Positions 1 to 9,407 of a DNA stretch of 64,000 nucleotides are shown one piece after another. Made by a program: the position numbers and the translations under genes. Origin of the DNA: a virus (Duplodnaviria; Heunggongvirae; Uroviricota; Caudoviricetes); IMG/VR virus record IMGVR_UViG_3300005758_000044, positions 1 to 64,000 of that record. One strand, given 5' to 3'. The notes under the pieces were generated by a model. It had not been told where the DNA came from. It saw nothing but the letters and a program-made list of their open reading frames with translations, and did no database searches. The first letter of the stretch is position 1. The number at the start of each line of letters is the position of its first letter.

Positions 1-122
1 TCTCCATCAACATGCATCATTGCCAATGCATGTGGAATAGTATGACGTTTACAATAATCCTTAATGTCTTCAACATCAAGAGTTTGTAAAAAATCATGTA
101 CGTTTTTATACTTGACCTGCAT
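1..122 (-). CDS. hypothetical protein, partial (N-terminus only, continues beyond window start)
   Basis: Open frame on minus strand starting with ATG at 122 (MQVKYKNVHDFLQTLDVEDIKDYCKRH...) and no stop before position 1. Confidence 0.4.
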   Translation of the reverse strand, partial: MQVKYKNVHDFLQTLDVEDIKDYCKRHTIPHALAMMHVDG

Positions 123-244
123 ACTAATTCCTATTTCTGAAAATTGAACTGATACTGTCAACACAAACGTAAATTAGTTGTGATATGATCAGTACCAAGA
201 AAAAAGTTAAAACGGGGTGTGCCCTGCAAATGTAAAAAATTCTT

Positions 245-673
245 TCATAGTTTTCCTTCGTGTTTTAGTCTGCGATACTCTTCACTTTCAATTTGTGTAT
301 CACCAACACTGTAATGCCAAGGTTGGTGGCGACCAAACGTGAAAAACAATGTAGTCACTGGTCCGTTTGTAATTTCAAGTATTTTGTGGTAATAGTTTCT
401 ATCGCCACTCGCGTATGAAAAAGGTCGTCGAACGCGGGTGAACTCCTGTGGTTCACAGAACAAATCTTTTCCAAGATATTGTTCAATATAACATCCACTC
501 AAGACAACCGTCTTGAAGTTCCACGGATGACTGTGAAGATGTATATCACGATCATGTTCATAGATTCTATGGATATACAAAGCAAAATTCTTGGTTTCAA
601 TGATGGCAAATCGTTTGAAATGCAATCGACCTGTTTTGCTTCGAATTTCTTTTACCCACTGTAGAAGTTTCAT
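245..673 (-). CDS. hypothetical protein (His-rich HxH motifs)
   Basis: 142-aa ORF in track, co-oriented with neighbours, coding-like composition. Confidence 0.55.
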   Translation of the reverse strand: MKLLQWVKEIRSKTGRLHFKRFAIIETKNFALYIHRIYEHDRDIHLHSHPWNFKTVVLSGCYIEQYLGKDLFCEPQEFTRVRRPFSYASGDRNYYHKILEITNGPVTTLFFTFGRHQPWHYSVGDTQIESEEYRRLKHEGKL

Positions 674-674
674 A

Positions 675-953
675 CTAGATACTATAATCTATGATTGGAG
701 GCTTGTCAAGATTAGCCAATAGAGTCTTGGTTCTCGTCAAGTTATATCTGGCTTTATGCAATGCCTTTTTGAATCCATCAATATTATCACGTTTGGTTAA
801 CCAGTGGTGTTCACTTAACTCTTCACGTCGAATCATGATTTGTAAACCTTTGACTTCGCCTTCGTATTTTACGATCTGATGTTCGTATAACTTGCGAAGT
901 CGATCTTTTTCACTAAGACCTTCGGTGTTTTTCCATAATTCGTATGCATTCAT
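675..953 (-). CDS. hypothetical protein
   Basis: 92-aa ORF tightly packed between neighbours. Confidence 0.5.
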   Translation of the reverse strand: MNAYELWKNTEGLSEKDRLRKLYEHQIVKYEGEVKGLQIMIRREELSEHHWLTKRDNIDGFKKALHKARYNLTRTKTLLANLDKPPIIDYSI

Positions 954-955
954 AC

Positions 956-2104
956 TTATCGATCACTCTTGAAACAATTATCAGGATCGACACGTCCATA
1001 ATTCGGTGTTCCAAGTCCGGTAAGTCCCATATAAAGGAACGTAACCTCCTTGCCGATCCACTTGTTCTTTTCCTTCAAGATTTGAGCACGCTTCTCATAA
1101 CTACCCTTAAACACAGCATCAAATGTAACGTTCTTCCACTTGAGAGTCACATTGGTAGCAGCACCCTTCCAGTTACCATCACCATCTGTGATGTCAAGAA
1201 TCGTACCCTCGTCATCATCTTCACTCTTGACCTTCACAAGATTCTTGGAACGCTTGTGCTCATAAGGAGCATCCATTTTACGAAGAATGCCACCCTCCTG
1301 TTGGTCATTGAGAAGATCCTGAAACAACTGGTTCATGTGGTCATTCGACTTGACAATCGTGGTTTCGACTTCAACAAAATACTTGGAAAGAGGAATCACA
1401 ACCTTGTCGATCCAATTCTTGCGTTCAGAGTATGGAGCTTCCTCGTCCAAAATATCCGATTTGCCACGGAAATTGTAACCGTCATAGATATAAAACTTGA
1501 CCTTCTTCTCACTTTCTGCCAAATCGGAAGGATCAATATTTTTCGTCTTACGAATCAACTTGCTGATTTCGTTCAGCTGTTGACGAAGATCATTATTGAA
1601 CAGCTCACCGTCGAGAACTGCATTGGGATATTCCTTGAAGAAAGGTTTGAGAGCGTTCTCAACGTGCGGTACACTGACATACTTCTCACCCTTTCTGGTA
1701 AACAACCCGTCCTTGGTAGCAATACAACGATTGCCATTGAATTTACACTGCATTGCCCACTTATCCTTGGCAAAGTCCGGTTGCTTGGTGAGCTTGTTAA
1801 GAGGTTGTGCCAACATAGGTTCCACATACGTAGAAACGTCAACGTCCTTGACACTTTTGTGGTATCCAGTCTTCAACTGTTTCTTGTACTTGGCTTCGAT
1901 TTCAGCCGTTGCCTGTTCGATTGCGGTGGTCTCATTTGACCGCCCAACATTCTTGGCTTCAGCATGACTCCACTCGGAAGTCACCTTTTCACCATCGGTG
2001 AGTCCAGCGACAGTACGATACTTGCTACCGTTCTGTTCCATGTACCAGACACGAATGTTTCCGAGTGAATCCTTGGTGTAGAGCGTAGAATAGGTCTTGA
2101 TCAT
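956..2104 (-). CDS. ATP-dependent DNA ligase-like nucleotidyltransferase
   Basis: 382 aa; covalent nucleotidyltransferase motifs: motif I CKFNGNR (KxNGxR variant of KxDGxR), motif IV VLDGELF, motif V EGGILRK, KVK motif VI. Confidence 0.7.
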   Translation of the reverse strand: MIKTYSTLYTKDSLGNIRVWYMEQNGSKYRTVAGLTDGEKVTSEWSHAEAKNVGRSNETTAIEQATAEIEAKYKKQLKTGYHKSVKDVDVSTYVEPMLAQPLNKLTKQPDFAKDKWAMQCKFNGNRCIATKDGLFTRKGEKYVSVPHVENALKPFFKEYPNAVLDGELFNNDLRQQLNEISKLIRKTKNIDPSDLAESEKKVKFYIYDGYNFRGKSDILDEEAPYSERKNWIDKVVIPLSKYFVEVETTIVKSNDHMNQLFQDLLNDQQEGGILRKMDAPYEHKRSKNLVKVKSEDDDEGTILDITDGDGNWKGAATNVTLKWKNVTFDAVFKGSYEKRAQILKEKNKWIGKEVTFLYMGLTGLGTPNYGRVDPDNCFKSDR

Positions 2105-2156
2105 GATAAGAATGTACCAGAGTTTTTTGAAAAGTCAATAGGTTTTTTGGACTTTT

Positions 2157-2366
2157 TTAATCCAATATATCATCCCTATGTAACTGGTTATACAGTTCTA
2201 TTGCTTCTTTTTCATTTCTGCAAATATGACCTTCAAGGAGATATGCTGTTGATCCCTGTGGTATTTCTTTTCCGGTTAGAAAAGATACCATGTCTTCTCC
2301 AGTAATAAATGGTCCGTTTGGTTTATGTTCCAATTGTGTTAACATTAACGTTCTTAGTTTTTTCAT
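2157..2366 (-). CDS. hypothetical protein
   Basis: 69-aa ORF abutting next gene. Confidence 0.4.
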   Translation of the reverse strand: MKKLRTLMLTQLEHKPNGPFITGEDMVSFLTGKEIPQGSTAYLLEGHICRNEKEAIELYNQLHRDDILD

Positions 2367-2896
2367 AACGAGGCGCAGTTTGAAACGATATCCAATATGG
2401 CTTTTCTATCTGAATAGTCAACATAATATACATGTTGATAGTGTTGATTTATAAAGTCTTTTACCACCTGATCAATCTTTTTTGCTTCTTCGTATGATTG
2501 ATATCGACCTTCTTGGTTGTAACGTTTGTCCTTACGTTCCAAGTAGATATTAACACACGGATACATTCGGTCGTATTCATTTAATACCGGCCAAAGTTTT
2601 TCTCCAATTTTCAATTTGGGATAATATACATCCGAGTATATACACGACAACACAAGAGGACTGTCTGTGACAATGTTTTTGATCCCGGCGTTCAAAAACC
2701 GATACTCGTACTGCATTTGTTTTCCAAACAAATATACCTGATCAAAAGGTGCAACTTTACGTTGTTGGGTCGCCCAGCTTTTGACGTATTCGGTTATTAG
2801 TTCAACCGAATAATGTTTGGTTTTCATTTCACTGAACAACCATGCTGCTGTGGTGCTTTTGCCCGCACCGGGGCCTGCCAAAAAATTGATTCTCAT
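2363..2896 (-). CDS. P-loop nucleotide/deoxynucleotide kinase-like protein
   Basis: Walker A FLAGPGAGKSTTAAW at N-terminus, 177 aa, size typical of dNMP kinase. Confidence 0.6.
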   Translation of the reverse strand: MRINFLAGPGAGKSTTAAWLFSEMKTKHYSVELITEYVKSWATQQRKVAPFDQVYLFGKQMQYEYRFLNAGIKNIVTDSPLVLSCIYSDVYYPKLKIGEKLWPVLNEYDRMYPCVNIYLERKDKRYNQEGRYQSYEEAKKIDQVVKDFINQHYQHVYYVDYSDRKAILDIVSNCASL

Positions 2897-2944
2897 AAAA
2901 GATATGTATCACGTATTTGTCAGTTGATCAATTTAATTTACGCA

Positions 2945-2975
2945 TGAAAAAACCCACCGGATTTCTCCGGTGGGC
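2945..2975 (-). terminator. rho-independent terminator for 2995-3906
   Basis: hairpin cccaccgga-tttct-ccggtggg followed by T-run on minus strand. Confidence 0.7.
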
Positions 2976-2994
2976 TTCACCTTCCTTGGCTTTG

Positions 2995-3906
2995 TTATCG
3001 GTTTGTCACCGACAGATTCATGAATGGCACAACTCCACCACCATTGTAAACAGGCAACTTACCATCCCATCGTTGTAGTGCCTCGTACTGTACCAACGTC
3101 GGGGTCAAAGACTGAGCCAACACAAGGTTAGCCTTTGCCTGAGCTTCAGCTTTCAAGGCGATACTCTTTGCCTCACCTTCGGCCTTAGCAATGTTACTCT
3201 CCTTTTCACCACGAGCCTTCTCAATTGCCTGATCAGCTTCAGCCTTAGACTGCTTCACCTTGGTCTCAGCCTCAATTGCCCTCTGACTTGCCTCAAGAAC
3301 AGCATTGATTCGGGACTGAACACTTTGATCTACACGTAGACCACCATGAAAACTAATCAATTCAAATTTGAATCCTTTCGGTCCCAATTGACTGTTCAAA
3401 TTGCTTCGAACACTATCAAGAAGATATTGTTTCCTCTCGCCAAAGATGTCACTTGCCTTCATGGTGGAAGCGACACGATTGAATGCGTTATTGATCTCGT
3501 TCCTCATAAATCCATGAGTGATTACTTCGGGACTCTGACGAAATTCAACAAAAATTTGAGGAACTTTGTCTGCCACAAAGGTGTATGCGAGAGCAATATC
3601 AGCATTCACTACTGCACCCTCAATGCTGTTGAAGGTAACACTATCATCACCGGGACTCTCTCGGGAGGGTTCCTTAGTCCAAACAGCATTCTGCATGAAC
3701 GTGGGAAACTTATAGATGTCTTCTGTAATGGGATTGTAGAAAACACCACCGGTAACCAAAGGAAAGTCATTGACACCCTTCTGACTACCCCACTGATTTA
3801 CCTTGATACCAACGTATCCCGGTTCGACTCGATCACATCCGGTAAGAGCAAAAATTGCAATAATACCGACCAACAGACTAATCAACTTTTTATTCATTTT
3901 CATCAT
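2995..3906 (-). CDS. SPFH/band-7 (prohibitin-like) lipoprotein
   Basis: signal peptide with lipobox LTGC; SPFH-like core; C-terminal Ala/Glu/Lys coiled coil (AEADQAIEKARGEKESNIAKAEGEAK). Confidence 0.7.
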   Translation of the reverse strand: MMKMNKKLISLLVGIIAIFALTGCDRVEPGYVGIKVNQWGSQKGVNDFPLVTGGVFYNPITEDIYKFPTFMQNAVWTKEPSRESPGDDSVTFNSIEGAVVNADIALAYTFVADKVPQIFVEFRQSPEVITHGFMRNEINNAFNRVASTMKASDIFGERKQYLLDSVRSNLNSQLGPKGFKFELISFHGGLRVDQSVQSRINAVLEASQRAIEAETKVKQSKAEADQAIEKARGEKESNIAKAEGEAKSIALKAEAQAKANLVLAQSLTPTLVQYEALQRWDGKLPVYNGGGVVPFMNLSVTNR

Positions 3907-4132
3907 TTTTCTTAGTTTTCGACTCGTTAAACGCTTTGATCACCTTGATCACGTCACTCCTAAATGTTAGGACAACTCCAAGAAAAAGTCCAGTACAAAG
4001 GGCAACTCCAATCAGATTTTGAATATCGCTTTTGGCAGTTATCAACACACCAGACCATTGCCAAATGCCAATAGTCGCTACGATCAGAGAAACATACTTG
4101 ACAACATACCAAATAATAGTTCTGTTTTTCAT
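3890..4132 (-). CDS. small membrane protein (2 TM)
   Basis: 80 aa, two hydrophobic helices. Confidence 0.5.
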   Translation of the reverse strand: MKNRTIIWYVVKYVSLIVATIGIWQWSGVLITAKSDIQNLIGVALCTGLFLGVVLTFRSDVIKVIKAFNESKTKKNDENE

Positions 4133-4135
4133 AGT

Positions 4136-4519
4136 TTAATCTTCTTTTACGTAAAATTCAGGAATGGTTGCATTCAAAGGAATTACAACATCATCCATAT
4201 GTTCATCGGTTTCAAACGTAGAATATCCACCGCTGCGTGTGCCGGGAATAGGAAGACTATACCACTCATCACGACACTTTTTGGCAGTCGCCTTGAGAGG
4301 TGGAAGTTCATTTCCATCCTTATCAAGAACAATTACGTATCTCGTTGAGTTGTCATATGTATTATCATTGTACTCGCTGTGAATGGAAATAACCATTGTT
4401 GCAGCGTTAGAAGGATAATACTTTTGTGCGAAAGCAATATGCTTTTCGTACTTGGTTTTGTTGGGAACATATCCAATAGCAGAAAGTTCCTCCAATGTGG
4501 CTTTGCGATATTTACTCAT
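4136..4519 (-). CDS. hypothetical protein
   Basis: 127-aa ORF. Confidence 0.5.
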   Translation of the reverse strand: MSKYRKATLEELSAIGYVPNKTKYEKHIAFAQKYYPSNAATMVISIHSEYNDNTYDNSTRYVIVLDKDGNELPPLKATAKKCRDEWYSLPIPGTRSGGYSTFETDEHMDDVVIPLNATIPEFYVKED

Positions 4520-4525
4520 GTTTGT

Positions 4526-4768
4526 TTACTTGTTAAAGTTAAGTCCTTCGGCGAGTCCAATGTAACCAGTCTTGGTTGAATAGACGTACACAGAACTACG
4601 ATGGGTTTTATGTTGTAGAGCAGCACGAATTGCATCATCCAGACTATCGTATTTTTTACGACAAGCACTGGTACACCGTTCGTTGTCGGCATGAAAACCT
4701 CCGTAGATTTTCTCATACCCACATCGCCATCCAAACTTTTCCTTTTTTGATTTAGTAGTCATACGCAT
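4526..4768 (-). CDS. hypothetical Cys-rich protein
   Basis: 80-aa ORF. Confidence 0.45.
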   Translation of the reverse strand: MRMTTKSKKEKFGWRCGYEKIYGGFHADNERCTSACRKKYDSLDDAIRAALQHKTHRSSVYVYSTKTGYIGLAEGLNFNK

Positions 4769-5213
4769 CTTCTTCGATCTTAACAGCGTTTTTGGAAATC
4801 ACAAGTTTAAAGTTTTTGCCAAAAACACCATGAATTTCGCCTTCAAATGGAGAAAATGTTTCCTCAATAGATTCAACAAGTTCAGAAAACTTATCAAGTG
4901 AATCAATGTTCACGTTCTTCTTGCAAAAATCATCATCCTCATCATCCAATTGCCACATATTGTATCCGTTGATTTCAATATCATCAGCAGAGATACGATA
5001 GTAGTATTCATATCCTTCATCATTATACTCGTATGATGCACCGAAAGCAATAGTTTTGATTTCCGGGTTCTTGCTGATGACTTCGTTTCCTACCGCAAGA
5101 ATCAGTTGAACAACAGCCTCACGGTGCGAATTATTGATATCAGTTAGAGCCTTTTTAATTTTACTCTTTGTCATATTGTTAGTTCTTTCGATTGAGAACA
5201 TCGTCCCGATCAA
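4752..5213 (-). CDS. hypothetical acidic protein
   Basis: 153 aa, D/E-rich. Confidence 0.5.
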   Translation of the reverse strand: MIGTMFSIERTNNMTKSKIKKALTDINNSHREAVVQLILAVGNEVISKNPEIKTIAFGASYEYNDEGYEYYYRISADDIEINGYNMWQLDDEDDDFCKKNVNIDSLDKFSELVESIEETFSPFEGEIHGVFGKNFKLVISKNAVKIEEDAYDY

Positions 5214-5571
5214 TCGTCATGTTTTCATATTCGCCACTAAACATGTCTTCATGAATGTCTTGTGTATTTTCAAACAGTTCAATCAAACTGTCAAGAGTAG
5301 GATTGGAAACATATTCCTTGGTTTTAGAATCCCACTCACGGCCGACCTCCTCATCATCGACAGTAATGGTCATATCATCGTACCCAAGATAAAACGTGGT
5401 TGCATCACCATCGTTGAATTCATGGTTGTTGACATACATACTGATGGATTCAAGCTTTGGATTATTATCGAAAATGTTCTTGAGTTCAATCCAAAACTCA
5501 TTTTCGAGTGCCTTTGTGGCATCACGCAACTGATTATTCAGTTCATTAATTCTTGCAATAGTATTCTTCAT
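5179..5571 (-). CDS. hypothetical protein
   Basis: 130-aa ORF. Confidence 0.5.
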   Translation of the reverse strand: MKNTIARINELNNQLRDATKALENEFWIELKNIFDNNPKLESISMYVNNHEFNDGDATTFYLGYDDMTITVDDEEVGREWDSKTKEYVSNPTLDSLIELFENTQDIHEDMFSGEYENMTIDRDDVLNRKN

Positions 5572-5575
5572 ATTT

Positions 5576-6034
5576 TTAATCTCCCATTACCGATTTGTTG
5601 TTAATGTTAATGTTTTTGATTTTGGTTTTTCTCTTTTCTGCAATTTTAGCAAAACTAGGAGGATCACCGATTCCATTTTGCATCCAACTCTTGTATTCCA
5701 TTTCAGCCAAATAATCTTGGGCTGATGGAATGAATTTGTTTGCAAAATCCTCCAAACAATGTTGTTCACCGATGTCACGAACACTTACGGCTCGCCCGTC
5801 ACTGTTAATAATCGTAGGAAAACGATGATCAGCAGTTTCGGGCCCACTATTAGCAAACTTGACTCGTTCAAGTACATTGCTCAAAAACCAACTGTTATGT
5901 GTCAATGTACGATGACGATTGTCAGCGATTGCACCCTTACTACAATCCATGAAGGCGTGAACAGGTTCATAATCTTCGGGTTTACCTCCGAATTTACGAG
6001 CAGAACTCTGAGCATGAATAATAGGTTTAGCCAT
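5576..6034 (-). CDS. hypothetical protein, paralogue of 38095-38457
   Basis: shared N-terminal motif H-A-x-SSARK-x-GG-x-P-x-DY with the ORF at 38095-38457. Confidence 0.55.
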   Translation of the reverse strand: MAKPIIHAQSSARKFGGKPEDYEPVHAFMDCSKGAIADNRHRTLTHNSWFLSNVLERVKFANSGPETADHRFPTIINSDGRAVSVRDIGEQHCLEDFANKFIPSAQDYLAEMEYKSWMQNGIGDPPSFAKIAEKRKTKIKNININNKSVMGD

Positions 6035-6046
6035 AAGTGTTTGTAT

Positions 6047-6619
6047 TTAATAGTAAAGTCCGTAACCAAACTGGACATTAAGATTTTTGTTCCAATATCC
6101 ATTAATTACAGGAATCTCATCTTTTACATCGACTTTTTCAATCACAGCGTCTTTGGGCAAGCTAAGCTTGACAAACCAAATCCACAGATTGACGTAAGAC
6201 TCCTCATATAGACAAATTTCACCGTCTTCACCCATCATATCCTCGGTATCGAAAGAATTCAAGAGCTTTTTTGTCAAACCAAACTTGGTCAATACCTTGA
6301 ACACAGTGTCGGAAAGTGTGTTATTCTCGTATTCCACACAAACCTGATATTCTCCACGATCTTCCCAACTGCGGTTGCTTTCGGTGTAATCGTCGTTATG
6401 ATTAAACGATACACCTGTCAACTTACAACTCTTTTTATAGGCATTTTGAATTTCGTTGACACTGACATTGCTTTGAAGCAACACTTTGTCATGTTTACCA
6501 TGACCGTCATCAGACCAGTCACCCAACACAAGATACATTTTGTTCATTCGTTTTACACAATAACACAAAACCCAGTGTATGTCCACTGGGTTTTGTTGGT
6601 TTTTACTTGTTCTTAGCAA
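6047..6619 (-). CDS. hypothetical protein
   Basis: 190-aa ORF; true start probably the internal MNKMYLVLGDW. Confidence 0.5.
   Translation of the reverse strand: MLRTSKNQQNPVDIHWVLCYCVKRMNKMYLVLGDWSDDGHGKHDKVLLQSNVSVNEIQNAYKKSCKLTGVSFNHNDDYTESNRSWEDRGEYQVCVEYENNTLSDTVFKVLTKFGLTKKLLNSFDTEDMMGEDGEICLYEESYVNLWIWFVKLSLPKDAVIEKVDVKDEIPVINGYWNKNLNVQFGYGLYY
6563..6600. terminator. bidirectional rho-independent terminator
   Basis: aaaacccagtg-tatgtc-cactgggtttt hairpin flanked by A-run and T-run. Confidence 0.7.
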
Positions 6620-7238
6620 CCTTCAACTTGGAAGGAACAAAGGTACCGTTGTTGGCAACAATGTTCTTCATGATTTCCTTGAGACGGTCATCGTCCTCGG
6701 GATACTTCTCAAAAAACGCGTCAACGTGTTTTTGATCCACCCCGTTAGACCTTCCGGTGTATCCATCCCTCCGAAACCACCCATCACCGTGTTCAAAATA
6801 GGTTTCAATGATCTCCAATTGCGTTTTGCTGAAGATTTGATTGAGACCATTAGACAACTTTTCTCCACCGTCAATCGATGCACCCAACCCATCCTGAGCC
6901 TCATCCGTAAGCTGTTTAACGGTGGTGTTGTTGTTGAGATTGGTACAACTCATAAACATACCTCCGAGAGCACAAACATTGCACGTATCAATGGCATTTT
7001 CGGCAAAAAGCTTCTGAACTGAATCAGTAACCCGGATTTGGCCACGATCAATCTTGTCTGACCAATTCGGCAGAACCCAGATTCCCGACGCGGCCACATA
7101 TCGCTTAGCCTTGATTTGAGCAAGAACATCTTGAGCAATAAGGACTCGCTTTTGCGCCTTGGTTGCCTTCTTGAACTCGGCGTTGGTCTTCTTAATTGCT
7201 GCTTTAATCTTTTCGGTCTTAGTCAGTTTGGCACTCAT
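6603..7238 (-). CDS. hypothetical protein
   Basis: 211-aa ORF. Confidence 0.55.
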   Translation of the reverse strand: MSAKLTKTEKIKAAIKKTNAEFKKATKAQKRVLIAQDVLAQIKAKRYVAASGIWVLPNWSDKIDRGQIRVTDSVQKLFAENAIDTCNVCALGGMFMSCTNLNNNTTVKQLTDEAQDGLGASIDGGEKLSNGLNQIFSKTQLEIIETYFEHGDGWFRRDGYTGRSNGVDQKHVDAFFEKYPEDDDRLKEIMKNIVANNGTFVPSKLKVAKNK

Positions 7239-7297
7239 ATTAAGTTTTTATTAGTGTTTCAGTTTACGATACCATCGTACCACGGTTTTCCAGAAAG

Positions 7298-7711
7298 TCA
7301 AGTGGATTCGTCAGAAAAGAGGTCATCAAACTGAACATCAAGTAGTTTTACCGTACTTTTATCTTTTTGTGTAACCTCTACCACAGCGTATTCGTCAGAT
7401 GTGGCATAAAGAAACTTGCAGTATACTTTGTTTTCGCCACGAAAACCACCCATGTAATACACTATTTGTCCATTCTTGAAATTCTTTTTTGGAGTGTCTT
7501 CACCAATGTCGATAGAATATGTACACTCCTTACACCAACCAATTCCATCTCCGGGTTTTGGATTTTTTACTTTTCTATCAACTTCAATGAAAGAGATTTT
7601 TCCTTTCTTTTCACGACAGTGTTCACAAATATACTTGGTGGGCTTATCATAAGTAACTTTGTAAAGGTTGTCTTCGCTGTATCTGACTTTTCCTATTAGT
7701 GTAACTTTCAT
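7298..7711 (-). CDS. hypothetical Zn-ribbon protein
   Basis: CxxC...CxxC pairs. Confidence 0.5.
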   Translation of the reverse strand: MKVTLIGKVRYSEDNLYKVTYDKPTKYICEHCREKKGKISFIEVDRKVKNPKPGDGIGWCKECTYSIDIGEDTPKKNFKNGQIVYYMGGFRGENKVYCKFLYATSDEYAVVEVTQKDKSTVKLLDVQFDDLFSDEST

Positions 7712-8208
7712 ACATCATATTCCTTTCCATCGAAGAACGCTTTACATCCTAACGAATGAGGTACAGCGAAAGCATTCACACCCGATTCACGAAACATGGC
7801 AAAAGTGGCATCATCATGACCTTTCCATTGTTCACGTTGTATGGAATTGCAGATGTCACTGAATTTTTGATGAACGTATACGCTGGTTATGCCACTCTGA
7901 ATGATACCTCGAGCACAATCTGCACAAGGAAGTGCATTGGTATAAAGAGTGGCACCATCAGTGCTTATTCCAAATTTTGCAGCAGCGTAAATGGCATTTC
8001 TTTCTGCATGTTCGTACCACTTGTACTTGTCAGGTCGTTCATTGCGAGCCTGTATGGTGTCATCTACGCCTATTGGCAGACCATTATAACCAGTAGAAAC
8101 AATACGTTTGTCTTTGACAATAATTGCTCCTATTTTAGTTTTTGGATCTTTGCTTTTACTTGCGACCCAATAAACTCCCTCCATGAACCACGAATTCCAA
8201 TCTTTCAT
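7708..8208 (-). CDS. dCMP deaminase
   Basis: cytidine/deoxycytidylate deaminase zinc motifs HAERNAI and PCADCAR, 166 aa. Confidence 0.85.
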   Translation of the reverse strand: MKDWNSWFMEGVYWVASKSKDPKTKIGAIIVKDKRIVSTGYNGLPIGVDDTIQARNERPDKYKWYEHAERNAIYAAAKFGISTDGATLYTNALPCADCARGIIQSGITSVYVHQKFSDICNSIQREQWKGHDDATFAMFRESGVNAFAVPHSLGCKAFFDGKEYDV

Positions 8209-8257
8209 ATGTTGTTGATATTGACATATGAAAAACGATCTGTCTAGTTATATTAAG

Positions 8258-8863
8258 TTATTCAACTTTTTTGATTATATCGATTTTTCCGATATATCCA
8301 AACTCATCACTGATTGTGGCAGTAGATTCCACTTCGTAGACATCACCGTCTTTGGAAACGATACGATATGATATACGAGAATTTCGTTTTTCTTTTACCG
8401 CCGATTGCCACTCAGTTGTTACTCGTTCACGGTCATCTTCGTGTATAACATTTTTCCACCCGTTGTTGAAAAAGTCTTTTAGAGGTACATTCATCAGTCT
8501 GCAATATTCTTCGCTGACCCATGTACAATTACCTTTTTTGTCACATTCAAATATGAGTTCTTGTTTTGAATTTAGAATCCATCGTTGTCGGTTACAAATT
8601 TGTTTGGTTAAATATGTATTTTCTTTGACATCGCTTTCGATACGATTGATTTTGTCGGTGAGACTAGATCCATGATTTGGTTTGAGTTCACTACATATAA
8701 ACTCAATCATGTCGTGTACTTTTACTATCTTTTCGTATTCTTTTTTAAGTTTACCACTTATCCAAGAAATCACTTTGTACAATATACCAAATGCTGCTGC
8801 ACCTGTTATAATGATTTGAAACAGGTGCTCAACGGTAGTTAAATCATATCCAAATAGATTCAT
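8258..8863 (-). CDS. membrane-anchored PAS-domain protein
   Basis: N-terminal TM helix then PAS-like fold (FECDKKGNCTWVSEEY...NVIHEDDRERV...YRIVSKDGDVYEVES). Confidence 0.5.
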   Translation of the reverse strand: MNLFGYDLTTVEHLFQIIITGAAAFGILYKVISWISGKLKKEYEKIVKVHDMIEFICSELKPNHGSSLTDKINRIESDVKENTYLTKQICNRQRWILNSKQELIFECDKKGNCTWVSEEYCRLMNVPLKDFFNNGWKNVIHEDDRERVTTEWQSAVKEKRNSRISYRIVSKDGDVYEVESTATISDEFGYIGKIDIIKKVE

Positions 8864-8924
8864 AATATGTCGTCAGAATAAATATAAAATATACTGGCGA
8901 CAATTAGGATTTTGTTTAATTTGT

Positions 8925-9110
8925 CTATTCGCCTTTGATAAAGGATGATTTTAAGTCTTGTATTGTTACTTTTATTTCATCAAGACTACGCACACGGTCT
9001 CTGTAAAGTATTTCAGTTTTGACACGTTCCTCTTCGATACGTCGTAAAAGATCGTTGATCTTTTTCATTGTGACGACTGGTTTGGTTCTTTCAAATTCGT
9101 TTACATTCAT
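8925..9110 (-). CDS. hypothetical protein
   Basis: 61-aa ORF. Confidence 0.4.
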   Translation of the reverse strand: MNVNEFERTKPVVTMKKINDLLRRIEEERVKTEILYRDRVRSLDEIKVTIQDLKSSFIKGE

Positions 9111-9113
9111 ATT

Positions 9114-9407
9114 TCAACAACAATGTCCTTTCTTTTCTGTATCTTCTGGTTTTACACAATTGTATCTTATGTCTCTTAATCCGTACAAATCCATATACAT
9201 TTTCTGTATAATTGTATCTATTGATTTGACCGACTTGGATATTGTTTCGGTGTTGGCTTCGTTTTTGATTTGGTCACAATACGTCGTGATTATGTTTTTG
9301 ATTTGATCTTCCATTTTTTGAAATTTAATCCCAGAGGTTGTCAAAATGTTTAGCAAACAGTTGAAGTCCTTTGTTTTTACGTTCATTGAACTTTTCTGCT
9401 CTTTCAA
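9114..9407 (-). CDS. hypothetical protein
   Basis: 97-aa ORF. Confidence 0.45.
   Translation of the reverse strand: MKEQKSSMNVKTKDFNCLLNILTTSGIKFQKMEDQIKNIITTYCDQIKNEANTETISKSVKSIDTIIQKMYMDLYGLRDIRYNCVKPEDTEKKGHCC

Noticed and set aside
944-1967. Plus ORFs 944-1939 and 1596-1967
   Set aside because: Antisense to the DNA ligase gene, with Ile/Leu-rich low-complexity translation.
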